From contig CAWULT010000010.1 in assembly GCA_963923455.1 (NCBI GenBank), forward strand, positions 3,537 through 67,536: a stretch of DNA of 64,000 nucleotides. The letters are read 5' to 3'. The translations under genes and the position numbers were made by a program. The DNA is from an uncultured bacterium (GTDB taxonomy: Bacteria > Acidobacteriota > Vicinamibacteria > Vicinamibacterales > UBA2999). The notes under the pieces are model-generated. The model searched no databases, was not told where the DNA came from, and saw only the letters and a program-made list of their open reading frames with translations. Below, one piece after another: positions 31,936 through 41,697 of this stretch (positions are counted from its first letter, which is position 1; each line of letters opens with the position of its first letter).

Positions 31936-32832
31936 ATGAAGTACGCGACGTTCTCCACGGTTTCCAATCCCACTCCCCGCCTGGGCGCCCTGCAGGGCGA
32001 CCGCATGCTCGATCTCGCGGTCACGGCCGCCCGGCAGTGGCCCGACGCCCCGGCGACGCTGCTGGCCCTCGTCGAGGGCGGACCCGAGGCCTGGCGCCGC
32101 ATGCGCGACGTGGCGGCCGGCGCCGGCGTCGAGACCCATCTGGTCGCCGCGATCACGTGGCACGCGCCGATTCCACGGCCGCGCAAGAACGTGTTCTGCC
32201 TGGGCCTCAACTACGCGGCGCATGCGCGAGAGAGCGCGCAGGCGCGGGGCCGCGACACCTCGATCCCGACGATTCCGGTGATCTTCAGCAAGGCGCCGAC
32301 CACGGTGAACGGCCCCTTCGCCGACATCCGCGTCAACCGTGCCGTGACCAGCCAGGTCGACTGGGAGGTGGAGCTCGGCGTCGTGCTCGGGCGCACCGGC
32401 GTCGACATCCCGGCGTCGCAGGCCCTGGAGCACGTCTTCGGCTACACGGTGATCAACGACATCAGTGCCCGCGACGTGCAGACGGCGCACATGCAATGGT
32501 TCAAGGGCAAGAGCCTCGACGGTACCTGCCCGATGGGGCCCGTGGTCGTGACGGCCGACGAATTCGGTGATCCACAGACCAAGCGCCTCACCTGCCGCGT
32601 CAACGGCGTCACCAAGCAGGACTCGAACACGAGCGACATGATCTTCCCGGTCGCCGTCATCATCGAGTGGCTCTCGAAGGGCCTGACGCTGGAGGCCGGC
32701 GACGTGATCGCAACGGGCACGCCGGCGGGCGTCGGCATGGGCCGCACGCCGAAGGAGTTCCTCGCTGACGGCGACGTCGTCGAGACCGAGGTCGACGGCA
32801 TCGGCACGCTGCGCAACCGGATCGTCGGATGA
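31936..32832 (+). CDS. Fumarylacetoacetate hydrolase (FAH) family protein
   Basis: ..FCLGLNYAAHARE..EVELGVVLG..GYTVINDISARD..GKSLDGTCPMGP..GDVIATGTPAGVG.. are FAH-fold motifs. Confidence 0.9.
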   Translation: MKYATFSTVSNPTPRLGALQGDRMLDLAVTAARQWPDAPATLLALVEGGPEAWRRMRDVAAGAGVETHLVAAITWHAPIPRPRKNVFCLGLNYAAHARESAQARGRDTSIPTIPVIFSKAPTTVNGPFADIRVNRAVTSQVDWEVELGVVLGRTGVDIPASQALEHVFGYTVINDISARDVQTAHMQWFKGKSLDGTCPMGPVVVTADEFGDPQTKRLTCRVNGVTKQDSNTSDMIFPVAVIIEWLSKGLTLEAGDVIATGTPAGVGMGRTPKEFLADGDVVETEVDGIGTLRNRIVG

Positions 32833-33446
32833 CTGACTCATCCGCGGCGGATCGGGCGGCGATTCGGGCGCTGATCGAGAACTGGGCGCTCTGGCGTGAC
32901 GCCGGAGACTGGGAACGCTTCGCCACGGTCTGGCACGAGGACGGCTGGATGACGGCCACCTGGTTCCAGGGGCCCGCGCGCGCGTTCATCGACGTCAGCC
33001 GGGAAGGGTTCAACGCCGGCGTCAGCATCCTGCACTTCCTCGGCGGCTTCACCTGTGACGTCGCGGGCCTGCGGGCCATCGCGCAGACGAAGATGACCAT
33101 CAACCAGCGCGCCACGGTGGACGGCGTGCTCGTCGACGTCGTCTGCACCGGCCGGTTCTACGACTTCCTCGAGAAACGCGGCGACCGCTGGGGCCTCGTG
33201 CGCCGGCAGCCGATCTACGAAAAGGACCGCATAGATCCGGTGGACCCGGCCGCGACGCTGGCGCTCGACCGGGCCCATCTGGCGACCTTCCCGGAGGGCT
33301 ACCGCCATCTCGGCTACCTCCAGTCGCGCATCGGGTTCCCCGTGAAGCCGAACCTGCCAGGGCTGCGCGGCGAGGCGGTCGAGCGCCTGTACGCCGAAGG
33401 CGCAGCATGGCTGGCCGGGTCGGAACGACCCGGCATCCCGCTCTAG
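32829..33446 (+). CDS. SnoaL-like / NTF2-like family protein
   Basis: ADRAAIRALIENWALWRDAGDWERFATVWHEDG pattern. ATGA overlap with the FAH gene. Confidence 0.65.
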   Translation: MTDSSAADRAAIRALIENWALWRDAGDWERFATVWHEDGWMTATWFQGPARAFIDVSREGFNAGVSILHFLGGFTCDVAGLRAIAQTKMTINQRATVDGVLVDVVCTGRFYDFLEKRGDRWGLVRRQPIYEKDRIDPVDPAATLALDRAHLATFPEGYRHLGYLQSRIGFPVKPNLPGLRGEAVERLYAEGAAWLAGSERPGIPL

Positions 33447-33513
33447 CCGGCCACCCGGCTCGAGCCCGGTTCGACGGTCAGGAGGCCCACGCTCCGCGCG
33501 TGGTGGACGGCAG

Positions 33514-34311
33514 ATGGATCTCTACGCCGAGAGCGACGGCACCAGGATCGGCTACGAGGTGGCCGGACCGGAGCGGGCACCGGCCCTGCTCTTCATCAAC
33601 TCTATTGGTACGACACGGGCGCTCTGGGACGCCCAGGTCCCCGCCCTGAGCGGCGCGTGGCGTGTGATCCGCTACGACGCGCGCGGACACGGGCGGTCGT
33701 CGGCGCCGGCGGGCGACTACACCGTGGCGCAGCTCGGGCGCGATGCGCTGGCCGTGCTCGACGCCGCGGGCGCGCCGGCTGCACACGTCTGCGGCATCTC
33801 GCTCGGTGGCATCACCGCGCTGTGGCTCGGCCTGCACGCCCCCGAGCGCGTGGCCAGCCTGACGCTCGCCAACACCGCCGCGCGCATCGGCAGCGTGGAG
33901 ATGTGGAGCGAACGCATCGCCCTGGTGAAGGGCCCGGGCATGGCGGCCGTCGCCGACCGGGCGATGACCACCTGGTTCACGCCAGACTTCCACACCCGGG
34001 AACCGGCGACGGTGGCGCGCTTCCGCGCCATGGTCGCGGGCTGTCCGCCCGCCGGGTATCTGGGCTGCTGCGGCGCCCTGCGCGACGCGGACCTGCGCGA
34101 CGACGTTGCGGCCCTCCGGACACCCGTGCTCGCCGTGGCCGGCGCCCGCGACGTCGCGACGCCGCCGGCGGGCGTCGAGTTCATCCGCGATCGGGCCGCC
34201 GGCGCACGCCTCGTCTCCTTCGACGTCGCCCATCTGAGCAATGTCGAGGCTGCCAGCGGCTTCACCGGCGCGCTGTCGGCCTTCCTGGCCGACGTGGAGG
34301 CCTCGCGATGA
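33514..34311 (+). CDS. Alpha/beta hydrolase, 3-oxoadipate enol-lactonase-like
   Basis: ..RYDARGHGRS.. and the nucleophile elbow GISLGG. Length and pattern are typical of PcaD-type enzymes. Confidence 0.8.
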   Translation: MDLYAESDGTRIGYEVAGPERAPALLFINSIGTTRALWDAQVPALSGAWRVIRYDARGHGRSSAPAGDYTVAQLGRDALAVLDAAGAPAAHVCGISLGGITALWLGLHAPERVASLTLANTAARIGSVEMWSERIALVKGPGMAAVADRAMTTWFTPDFHTREPATVARFRAMVAGCPPAGYLGCCGALRDADLRDDVAALRTPVLAVAGARDVATPPAGVEFIRDRAAGARLVSFDVAHLSNVEAASGFTGALSAFLADVEASR

Positions 34312-34898
34312 GCACGGTACCGCTGCCCGTCGACCGCCCGATCTGGGACCGCGTCTTCACCATCTCCCCGCTCGTCATCGTCGGCAGCCGCCAGCCCGAC
34401 GGCACGTTCGACCTGGCGCCCAAGCACATGGCGACGCCGATGGGCTGGCAGAACTACTACGCCTTCGTCTGCAGCCCCCGGCACGCCACCTATCACAACA
34501 TCCAGCGCGAGCGGCAGTTCACGGTCAGCGTGCCACGGCCCTCGCAGGTGGTCACGAGCAGCCTGGCGGCCAGCCCGCGCTGTGACGACGACTCGAAGCC
34601 GGTGCTGTCCGTGCTCCGCACCTCGCCCGCGCGGGTCGTCGACGGCGTCCTCGTCGACGACTGCACGCTCCACCTCGAGTGCCGGCTGCACAGCGTCGTG
34701 GACGGCTTCGGGCCGAACAGCCTGATTGTCGGCGAAGTCGTCGCGGCCGCGGCCGACGAGGGCGCGCTCCGCACCTCGGAACGGGACGACGGCGAGCTGC
34801 TGTTCGCCTCGCCGCTGCTCGTGTACGTCAGCCCGGGCCGCTACGCGGAGGTCCGGCAGACGGCCGCCTTCCCGTTCCCCAAGGGCTTCTCCCGGTGA
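34308..34898 (+). CDS. Flavin reductase-like (FMN-binding split-barrel) domain protein
   Basis: MSTVPLPVDRPIWDRVFTISPLVIVGSRQPDGTFDLAPKH.. pattern. ATGA overlap with the upstream gene. The track shows it only inside a longer ORF (33657-34898). Confidence 0.6.
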   Translation: MSTVPLPVDRPIWDRVFTISPLVIVGSRQPDGTFDLAPKHMATPMGWQNYYAFVCSPRHATYHNIQRERQFTVSVPRPSQVVTSSLAASPRCDDDSKPVLSVLRTSPARVVDGVLVDDCTLHLECRLHSVVDGFGPNSLIVGEVVAAAADEGALRTSERDDGELLFASPLLVYVSPGRYAEVRQTAAFPFPKGFSR

Positions 34899-36043
34899 CA
34901 GCGGCCGCGGTGCGGGAGCACCTCGACGGCCAGCGGCCGGCCATGGTCGCCCTGCTGACGGAGCTGGCAGCGCTCGAGTCGCCCACCGACGACCCGGCAG
35001 CCGTCGGCCGCGCGCTCGACCACCTCGCCTCGGCGCTCGCCGAGACCGGCCTGACGGTTCGCCGGGTCCCGGGCCGTCGCAGCGGCGGCGTGCTGATGGC
35101 GCGGCCTGCCGTGCGCGCGCGGCGCCAGCCGCTGCAGCTGCTGGTGGGCCACTGCGACACGGTCTGGCCGGTTGGCACGGTGCAGCAGATGCCGATCGGG
35201 ACGGTGGGCGACGAGGTCCGCGGCCCGGGCGTGTTCGACATGAAGGGCGGACTCGTCCAGATGGTATTCGCGCTCCGCGCGCTCCGGGCGGCCGGGGTCG
35301 CGCCGCCGGCGACCCCGGTCGTCCTGATCACCTCGGATGAGGAGACCGGCAGCCGCGACGCCAAGCCGACGCTGGTGCGCCTGGCCCGGCGGGCAGCTCG
35401 CGCCTTCGTGCTCGAGCCGGCCTTCGGCCGGGCGGGCAAGCTGAAGACGGCCAGGAAGGCCGTCGGCGAGTTCGAGATCGTGATTCGCGGCCGTGCGGCT
35501 CACGCCGGGCTGAACCCCGGCGAGGGCGCCAGCGCCATCCTCGAGCTCTCGCACCAGATTCAGCAGCTCTTCGCCCTGAACGATCCCGCGCGCGGCGTCA
35601 GCGTCAACGTCGGCACGATCGACGGCGGCATCCGGCCCAACGTGGTGGCGCCGGAGGTCCGCGCCCAGGTCGACGTGCGCGCCCCGTCCATGGACGACGT
35701 CGTCCGGCTCGACGCGGCCATCCGGGGCCTCACGCCCCACACGCCCCAGACCACGATCGAGGTGACGGGAGGCTTCAACCACCCGCCGCTCGAGCCCACG
35801 CCGCGCAATCGCGCGCTGTGGGAGCAGGCGCGCGAGCTGGGCCGCACGCTGGGCCTCGACCTCGAGGACGCCGCCGTCGGGGGCGCGTCGGACGGCAACA
35901 CGATCAGCCAGTACACGGCCACCTTGGACGGCCTGGGCTCGGTGGGCGACGGCGCGCACGCCGTACACGAGTTCGTGGACGCGTCTCGGCTCGCGGAGCG
36001 CGCCGCGCTCCTGGCGCTGCTGCTGGCCGCCCCCCTCCGTTGA
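34895..36043 (+). CDS. M20-family metallopeptidase (carboxypeptidase G2 / glutamate carboxypeptidase-like)
   Basis: ..LLVGHCDTVWP..GPGVFDMKGG..ITSDEETGS..HAGLNPGEGASA..GGASDGN.. are M20 metal-ligand blocks. GTGA overlap start at 34895. Confidence 0.85.
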   Translation: MTAAAVREHLDGQRPAMVALLTELAALESPTDDPAAVGRALDHLASALAETGLTVRRVPGRRSGGVLMARPAVRARRQPLQLLVGHCDTVWPVGTVQQMPIGTVGDEVRGPGVFDMKGGLVQMVFALRALRAAGVAPPATPVVLITSDEETGSRDAKPTLVRLARRAARAFVLEPAFGRAGKLKTARKAVGEFEIVIRGRAAHAGLNPGEGASAILELSHQIQQLFALNDPARGVSVNVGTIDGGIRPNVVAPEVRAQVDVRAPSMDDVVRLDAAIRGLTPHTPQTTIEVTGGFNHPPLEPTPRNRALWEQARELGRTLGLDLEDAAVGGASDGNTISQYTATLDGLGSVGDGAHAVHEFVDASRLAERAALLALLLAAPLR

Positions 36044-36159
36044 CGGCGGCGCGCGTCGCGCGCGGCCGTACGTGCGAACGGGGTGCCCGCGGCCTGCGGA
36101 CACCCCGCTCGTACTCGAAGCCGGGCGGCCCCGTCGGGCCGCCCCGCGTGCACCACCGG

Positions 36160-39100
36160 CTAGAAGTCGACCGTCGCGTTCAGGCGCACGAAGCGCGGCG
36201 TGATCACCGACGTCGGGTTGTTCCAGGTGCCGCCCTGGTTCGTGTTGCCGGCGCTGTACTGATAGGTCGAGTCGAACGCCGTGGCGTAGTTGGTGTTCAG
36301 CACGTTGCCGAGGTCGAGGCCGACGTCCGCGCGCAGGCGGCCGAGGCGGAGGATCTTGGCGATGCGCATGTCCACCTGGTTGCGCCGGAAGTCCTGATAC
36401 AGGCGGCGCTGGTCGAGATCGAGCAGCGCCAGGCTGGTCGTGCCGGCGGCCAGCGCACCGAACGGCAGGCGGCCGAGCGCGGACTGGATCACGGTGTTCG
36501 GCACGATCCAGGTGGCCGTGGCGCCGTCACCGGGCTGAGAGCGGAAGGTGCCGCTGACCCGCACCTCGATCTTCGGCACCGTGTACGACGCCAGGCCCCG
36601 GAGGGTCGTCAGGAACGGCTCCTTGCTGTAGCACGCCGTCGACTGCTGCAGTACGGCGCCGACCGCAATCGTCGGCTGGTCCACCTTCGTGATGGTGTCG
36701 CACCGGTCGATGATCTTGCGGCCCGTGCTCGTGCCGATCTGCAGCGTCAGGCCGTTGCGCAGCCGCGCGTTGGCCGTGAAGTCCACGCCGTGCCAGTACT
36801 CCGTCAGGTCCCCGTATCCGTTCTCGCGGGTGATGAAGTTGCTGGCCGGGCGCGGGCCGGCGGCCAGCGTCTGCGTGTAGAAGGTCATCGGGTAGCCGCC
36901 GCCGCCGGGCAGGCGCGAATCCACCGGCGCGGTCAGCGTGAACGCCTCGTAGTCGGCGGGGCTGCGCGAGAGGTCGTCGGTCACGAAGCCGTCGGACGCG
37001 CTGGGCCCGGTCCACCACCGGCGGTTGTACCCCACCTCGACCGAGATGCGGGGCAGCACCTGCTGCTGCACGTTGACGCCCCACTGCCAGTCGTTCTGCC
37101 GCACGCCCCAGCCACCCAGCAGCTTCGGGTCGACCTGCACGAGGTTCTGCGCGGTGCGGCCGAAATTGAGGTCGTCGCCCGACAGCGCGCCGCACGTGTC
37201 CACGGACCCGGTGGCGGGACTCTGCGCCCCGAAATTCGTCAGGTCGCAGTCGATCACGTAGTCGCGGTCGTTGTCCTGCCACGCGCGGTTGTTCACGGCG
37301 CGGATGGCCTTGTTGGCCGGGTTGTTCTGCGTGTAGATGCTGTCGTTGGTCGCAGCGTCGAGATAGTGGCCGAAGTTGAACTTCACGGCCGTCTTGCCGT
37401 CGCCGAACACGTCCCACGCCGCGCCGACGCGGGGCGTGATGTCGTTGTAGGCACCGACGCCGGGCGTCTCGGAGAAGGTGATCGGCGACCGGTTGAAGAT
37501 CGACGTCTTCGTCGTGCCGTTGCCGTCGGCCGGGCTGTAACTCCACGCCCGGTCGTACCGCAAGGCGCCCTGCACGGTCACGCGGCCGCGCGTCCACGTG
37601 TCCTGCACGTAGAGCGACGTCGTCTTCGTGTGGTCGTTGAGCTGCCAGTCGGGCAGGCGGAACGTGTACGCGTTCGGCACGCCCTGGTTGAAGCGGTACT
37701 GCACGAGCGAATCCGGCGTCACGACCTTCGACTTCGCAATCAGCCAGCTGCCCTGGTAACCCACCTTCATGCTGTGCGAGCCGGTGACGTACGCCGCCGA
37801 CGCGCGCCAGTTGTTCGGGTTGCCGTAGTTGTCGTTGTAGGTGGCCAGCGCGCGGTAGGCGTAGTTGGCGCGCGGGGCGTACCGGATGCCGGTCGCGGGG
37901 TTGACCGCCGTCGACTGCTCCGTCACCGAGATCAGGTCGAAGATGCCGTCCGGCGGCAGCTGGCCGGGCCCGCCGGCGTGGTAGTAGGAGAAGCGCGTCA
38001 GGCCGGCCTCGAACAGCAGCTTGTTCGTCATCGGGGCCGTCCAGGTCGCCTGCGTCATGTAGTACGGGAAGTCGAAGTAGCTCGTGTTGGCCTCGGGCGA
38101 CTGCGTGGCGTTGCCGGCGGCGAGCCAGCCCGCCTCACGCGTGTGGCACCCGTCGGTCTCGACCTTCAGCGGGGCGCCTTCGCACCGCACCTGGTACTCG
38201 TGGTTGAACGAGATGCGGTTCTTCGGCGTCGCCTGCGCGGTGACGCGGCCGATGTACATCGTCCGGCCCTGCAGCTGCCGCGTCGTGACGCTGTTGTCGG
38301 GCGCCCAGTCCCACCGCGAAGCGTTGAAGGCATTGGCGTTGGCGACGATGCCCTCCACGTTGGTCGCCGTGTCGAGCTTGCGGTAGCTGCCGAAGAACCA
38401 CACCCGATCCCGCTTGATCGGGCCGCCGTAGGCGATGCTGCCGTCGTAGGACCCGATGATGCCGGGCGGCGTCGTGATGCCGACCGACCGCAGGCGGTCG
38501 TCGAGGTTGCTGCCGCGCGACCAGTCGCCCGCGTTGTTGATGAACGCCTGGCCGCGGAACTGGTTGCCGCCGCCACGCGGGACGAGATTCATCACCGGGC
38601 CGCCGATGTCGGTCTCGCCCAGGCCGCCCGACACGACGACGGACACCTCGTCGACGTTGACCGAGTCCAGGATGTACGAGGACACGCCGCCGCCATTGAA
38701 TGCCGCGGCCACCGTCATGCCGTTCACCGTCATGCGGCCCTCGTTGGTCTGTCCACCTCGGGCGCTGAAGAACGTCATCGTGGGCGTGGCCGCGAGGCCG
38801 TTGTTGTCCACGGTCAGGCCGGGCGTCGCGTTGAGCAGCGAGCCCACGGTGCGCGTGGCCGGGATCGCCTGAATCACCTCGGCCGCCAGCACCGTCTCGC
38901 GCTTCACGCTCTGCACGTCGACGACGGGCGTCTCGCCGGTGACCGTGATGGTCTCTTCGAGGCCGCCAACCCGCAGTTCGACGGGAATCGTCAGCACGGC
39001 GGTGCCGCCGAGTTGGATCCCCTCACGCTTCACCGTGCTGAAGCCCGGCAGCGTGAACGTCAGGGTGTAGGTGCCAGGCAGAAGGTCGATGATGCGGTAC

Positions 39101-39294
39101 ACGCCCGAACCGTCGGTGACGACCGATCGGACCCTCTCCGTCAACGCGGGGCTCGCCGCTTCGACGGTCACACCGGGCAACACGGCACCCGAGGCATCCC
39201 TGACCGTGCCGGTCAAAGTGCCCTGCGCGAACGCAGCCGCTGGCAGCAGCAGCGCCAGCGCCAGCACGTGTACGAGACGAACTACAAGACGCAT
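36160..39294 (-). CDS. TonB-dependent receptor with an N-terminal carboxypeptidase-regulatory-like domain
   Basis: Signal peptide, then GTLTGTVRDASGAVLPGVTVEA..TDGSGVYRIIDLLPGTYTLTFTLPGF, and a terminal aromatic residue (..RLNATVDF). GGAGG Shine-Dalgarno before ATG 39294. Confidence 0.88.
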   Translation of the reverse strand: MRLVVRLVHVLALALLLPAAAFAQGTLTGTVRDASGAVLPGVTVEAASPALTERVRSVVTDGSGVYRIIDLLPGTYTLTFTLPGFSTVKREGIQLGGTAVLTIPVELRVGGLEETITVTGETPVVDVQSVKRETVLAAEVIQAIPATRTVGSLLNATPGLTVDNNGLAATPTMTFFSARGGQTNEGRMTVNGMTVAAAFNGGGVSSYILDSVNVDEVSVVVSGGLGETDIGGPVMNLVPRGGGNQFRGQAFINNAGDWSRGSNLDDRLRSVGITTPPGIIGSYDGSIAYGGPIKRDRVWFFGSYRKLDTATNVEGIVANANAFNASRWDWAPDNSVTTRQLQGRTMYIGRVTAQATPKNRISFNHEYQVRCEGAPLKVETDGCHTREAGWLAAGNATQSPEANTSYFDFPYYMTQATWTAPMTNKLLFEAGLTRFSYYHAGGPGQLPPDGIFDLISVTEQSTAVNPATGIRYAPRANYAYRALATYNDNYGNPNNWRASAAYVTGSHSMKVGYQGSWLIAKSKVVTPDSLVQYRFNQGVPNAYTFRLPDWQLNDHTKTTSLYVQDTWTRGRVTVQGALRYDRAWSYSPADGNGTTKTSIFNRSPITFSETPGVGAYNDITPRVGAAWDVFGDGKTAVKFNFGHYLDAATNDSIYTQNNPANKAIRAVNNRAWQDNDRDYVIDCDLTNFGAQSPATGSVDTCGALSGDDLNFGRTAQNLVQVDPKLLGGWGVRQNDWQWGVNVQQQVLPRISVEVGYNRRWWTGPSASDGFVTDDLSRSPADYEAFTLTAPVDSRLPGGGGYPMTFYTQTLAAGPRPASNFITRENGYGDLTEYWHGVDFTANARLRNGLTLQIGTSTGRKIIDRCDTITKVDQPTIAVGAVLQQSTACYSKEPFLTTLRGLASYTVPKIEVRVSGTFRSQPGDGATATWIVPNTVIQSALGRLPFGALAAGTTSLALLDLDQRRLYQDFRRNQVDMRIAKILRLGRLRADVGLDLGNVLNTNYATAFDSTYQYSAGNTNQGGTWNNPTSVITPRFVRLNATVDF

Positions 39295-39514
39295 TCCTCG
39301 CCTCCTCAGGAGATACCCGGCTGGCGCAGCCACGCTGGCCGCGCCGCGCAGCCGGTCCCCGCGACCGACGGATGGTACCTCAATCGGGGGGGCACGACCA
39401 CAGAAATACTCGCGCCGTATCAGCTCACACGTTCAGGGTATGAACGGCGCGAATTCGCGCGTCGAGCGCGGCCTCGTGTCAGGGGCTGGCCGCGGGAGCG
39501 GCCGGGCGAGTGCT

Positions 39515-39559
39515 GGAGAAAGAACGACGGGCGGGTCCGGCTACCCGAACCCGCCCGTC
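39515..39559 (-). terminator. Rho-independent terminator after the three-gene secreted-protein operon
   Basis: The minus strand reads GACGGGCGGGT-12 nt loop-ACCCGCCCGTC followed by GTTCTTTCTCC. Confidence 0.7.
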
Positions 39560-39580
39560 ACGATTACAGCCCGACCGAGG

Positions 39581-40003
39581 TCAGTTCCGGGTGACCGTGA
39601 ACTCGCCCTTCTGGCCGCCCTCGACCCACGTGCCGTGGAACAGGCGGTTGTAGGCCCCGATGTTCTCGAGTTTGCCGTCCACCTGGATCGTGACCGCCTT
39701 GCCCGAGGCGTCCTTGCCCTCCGCCTGCAGCTTGACCCCCCACGCCGAGGGATTGCTGTAGTCGATGGCAACCGACTTGACCTGCGCGGCGTTCGGACCC
39801 GGGTTGATCGTGCCCGTGATCGACGCCCCGTCCCAGTGCAGGTCGAGCAGTACGCGGTTCGCCTTGCCCTTCGGCCCCCACTCGCCGCTCCACTGTCCCT
39901 TGAGCGGGTGGCCGAACTGCGCCCACGCCGCCGCAGGGAGCGCCAGTGCGCCCACCAGCGCCAGCACCCGGACGAGCCTCATCCTGGAAACCACTGCGCG
40001 CAT
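39581..40003 (-). CDS. Small secreted hypothetical protein (beta-rich, lipocalin-like by composition)
   Basis: Signal MRAVVSRMRLVRVLALVGALALPAAAWA. GGAGGG Shine-Dalgarno 5 nt before ATG 40003. Confidence 0.6.
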   Translation of the reverse strand: MRAVVSRMRLVRVLALVGALALPAAAWAQFGHPLKGQWSGEWGPKGKANRVLLDLHWDGASITGTINPGPNAAQVKSVAIDYSNPSAWGVKLQAEGKDASGKAVTIQVDGKLENIGAYNRLFHGTWVEGGQKGEFTVTRN

Positions 40004-40013
40004 CGACACCCTC

Positions 40014-41054
40014 CTACCTCGTGCCCCGGTTGCTGGCACCGGCAGGCTTGACGCCCGGCTGCGGCCGCGGTCCGAAGATCGGCTGACCGAAGTCGTCCTC
40101 GAGACGATTCAGGTACCGATTGTTCTCCTGGCAGATGTACTCCGGCAGTTCCGCGTTCGGGCTCCACGGGACGTCCCACGCCACGGTGAACGGCCGCGAA
40201 TAGGCGCCGGGGTCGGTGATCGTGGCCTGGTAGTGCAGCGTCTGCTTGTTCGGACGCGTCCAGCGCTCCACGACGTGCATCTGGTCGGTGTGCGGATGGC
40301 CGAAGTAGTCGAGCCAGGTGTTCTCGTTGAACCCCTTGTTCTCGACGACGAGCGTGTCCCCTTCCCAGCGGCCGATCGAATAGCCCAGGTAGGTCGGGTT
40401 GAGCGCGTCGCCCTCGGGGAACTTCCGGCCGTCCATGTAGATCTCGCGCCAGATGTGCGTCGCACCCTCGAAGATCATGATGATGCGCTTGTGCTCCGGC
40501 TGCTGGATGATCTCCATCTGGTACGGCGTGGCCATCATGCGCGGCCCGCCGGGCGGCAGACAGTAGCCTTCCGGGTCGTACTTCGACTCGTTGGCCGAGT
40601 TGTAGTCGTAGACGGCCGCGGACCACGGCATCCACGGCACCCAGGGCTCGGACTTCGAGCCGCCACGACCCCGTCCCCCGCCACCGGCCCCGCGAGGCCC
40701 TGCCCCGCCGGCGCGAGCGGCGGCGGCCGCCGCCTGAGCATCCTGCTGCGCCTTGGCGATCTCGGGCAGCAGTTGACCATCCGGCCCGACCAGCCGCATG
40801 CCCATGTTGGTGATGTAGGGAACGCTCCACGTGCCCTTCTCGCCGGGCACGCGTCCCAGGTTGACCGTGCCGTCGGCCAGACGGGGGGTCGGCTCCGCGG
40901 GACCAGCCTGGCGACCGCGACCGCGACCACCGGCTCCCTGCGGCGCCCGGGGGGCCGAAGCCCCCCCTTCCTGCGCCTGCGTGACGAGGACGGTCGTCGA
41001 GAAGAGTGCTACGACGGCCGCGCCGATGAGCGCGGTACGAACGCTTGACTTCAA
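40014..41054 (-). CDS. Secreted hypothetical protein (about 346 aa) with a Gly/Arg/Ala-rich linker and a conserved-looking C-terminal domain
   Basis: Signal MKSSVRTALIGAAVVALFSTTVLVTQA. TTG start at 41054 with GGAG upstream. No family recognised. Confidence 0.6.
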   Translation of the reverse strand: MKSSVRTALIGAAVVALFSTTVLVTQAQEGGASAPRAPQGAGGRGRGRQAGPAEPTPRLADGTVNLGRVPGEKGTWSVPYITNMGMRLVGPDGQLLPEIAKAQQDAQAAAAAARAGGAGPRGAGGGGRGRGGSKSEPWVPWMPWSAAVYDYNSANESKYDPEGYCLPPGGPRMMATPYQMEIIQQPEHKRIIMIFEGATHIWREIYMDGRKFPEGDALNPTYLGYSIGRWEGDTLVVENKGFNENTWLDYFGHPHTDQMHVVERWTRPNKQTLHYQATITDPGAYSRPFTVAWDVPWSPNAELPEYICQENNRYLNRLEDDFGQPIFGPRPQPGVKPAGASNRGTR

Positions 41055-41072
41055 CAGCGGCTCCGACGGCGA

Positions 41073-41477
41073 CTACGGGGTCGCGCCCTGGCTGGACGCC
41101 GCGAACAACCGCTGGCCGGTGGCCGCCATCGTCACCGAGCGCGCGTTGCCGGTCGGGCTGCCATCCTTCGCGAGGCTGCCCTCGACCGTGACGGCGTCGC
41201 CGATCTTCATCGTGTTGCGCGTCCAGCCCTGGCGCATCAGGCCGTTCGGGCTGCCCATCTCCATCGCCCAGTTCGTGACCTTGCCGCTCTTCTCATCCTT
41301 GACGTCGATGTAGAAGAAGGTGTGTGGATTCATCCACTCGACCTTGGTCACCGTGCCAGTCATCTTGAACGGCTTGTTGGCGTCGAACTCCGCCGAGAAC
41401 GAGTGGTGCGCCACGATCGGCGCCGCCAGGGACATCAGCGCGATCCCGGCGATGGCAACAGCAAACTTGGTCCGCAT
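41073..41477 (-). CDS. DUF6152-like secreted protein (predicted mature N-terminus His-His)
   Basis: MRTKFAVAIAGIALMSLAAPIVA/HHSFSAEFDANKPFKMTGTVTKVEWMNPHTFFYIDV. GGAGGAG Shine-Dalgarno before ATG 41477. Confidence 0.7.
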   Translation of the reverse strand: MRTKFAVAIAGIALMSLAAPIVAHHSFSAEFDANKPFKMTGTVTKVEWMNPHTFFYIDVKDEKSGKVTNWAMEMGSPNGLMRQGWTRNTMKIGDAVTVEGSLAKDGSPTGNARSVTMAATGQRLFAASSQGATP

Positions 41478-41697
41478 CGAACACTCCTCCACACGAATGA
41501 ATTCCATCACGAGGCGACGCGCATCGGGAGCCGCCGCGTGACACGACCCGCCACTTGTGACCGGGCCGCACCGACTCGTGTCCAGACCGCTACATCGAGT
41601 CGTGCCCTATTCTCGCGCCGCCCCTACACCCTGTCAACAATGCGACGGGTCGCAACGAAGCCCCCCAAATGGGGCTGGCAACGCCCCGGGCCGGCCC

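Noticed and set aside
35818-39594. 1258-aa ORF on the plus strand
   Set aside because: Shadow frame opposite the TonB-dependent receptor gene, with the same compositional artefact.
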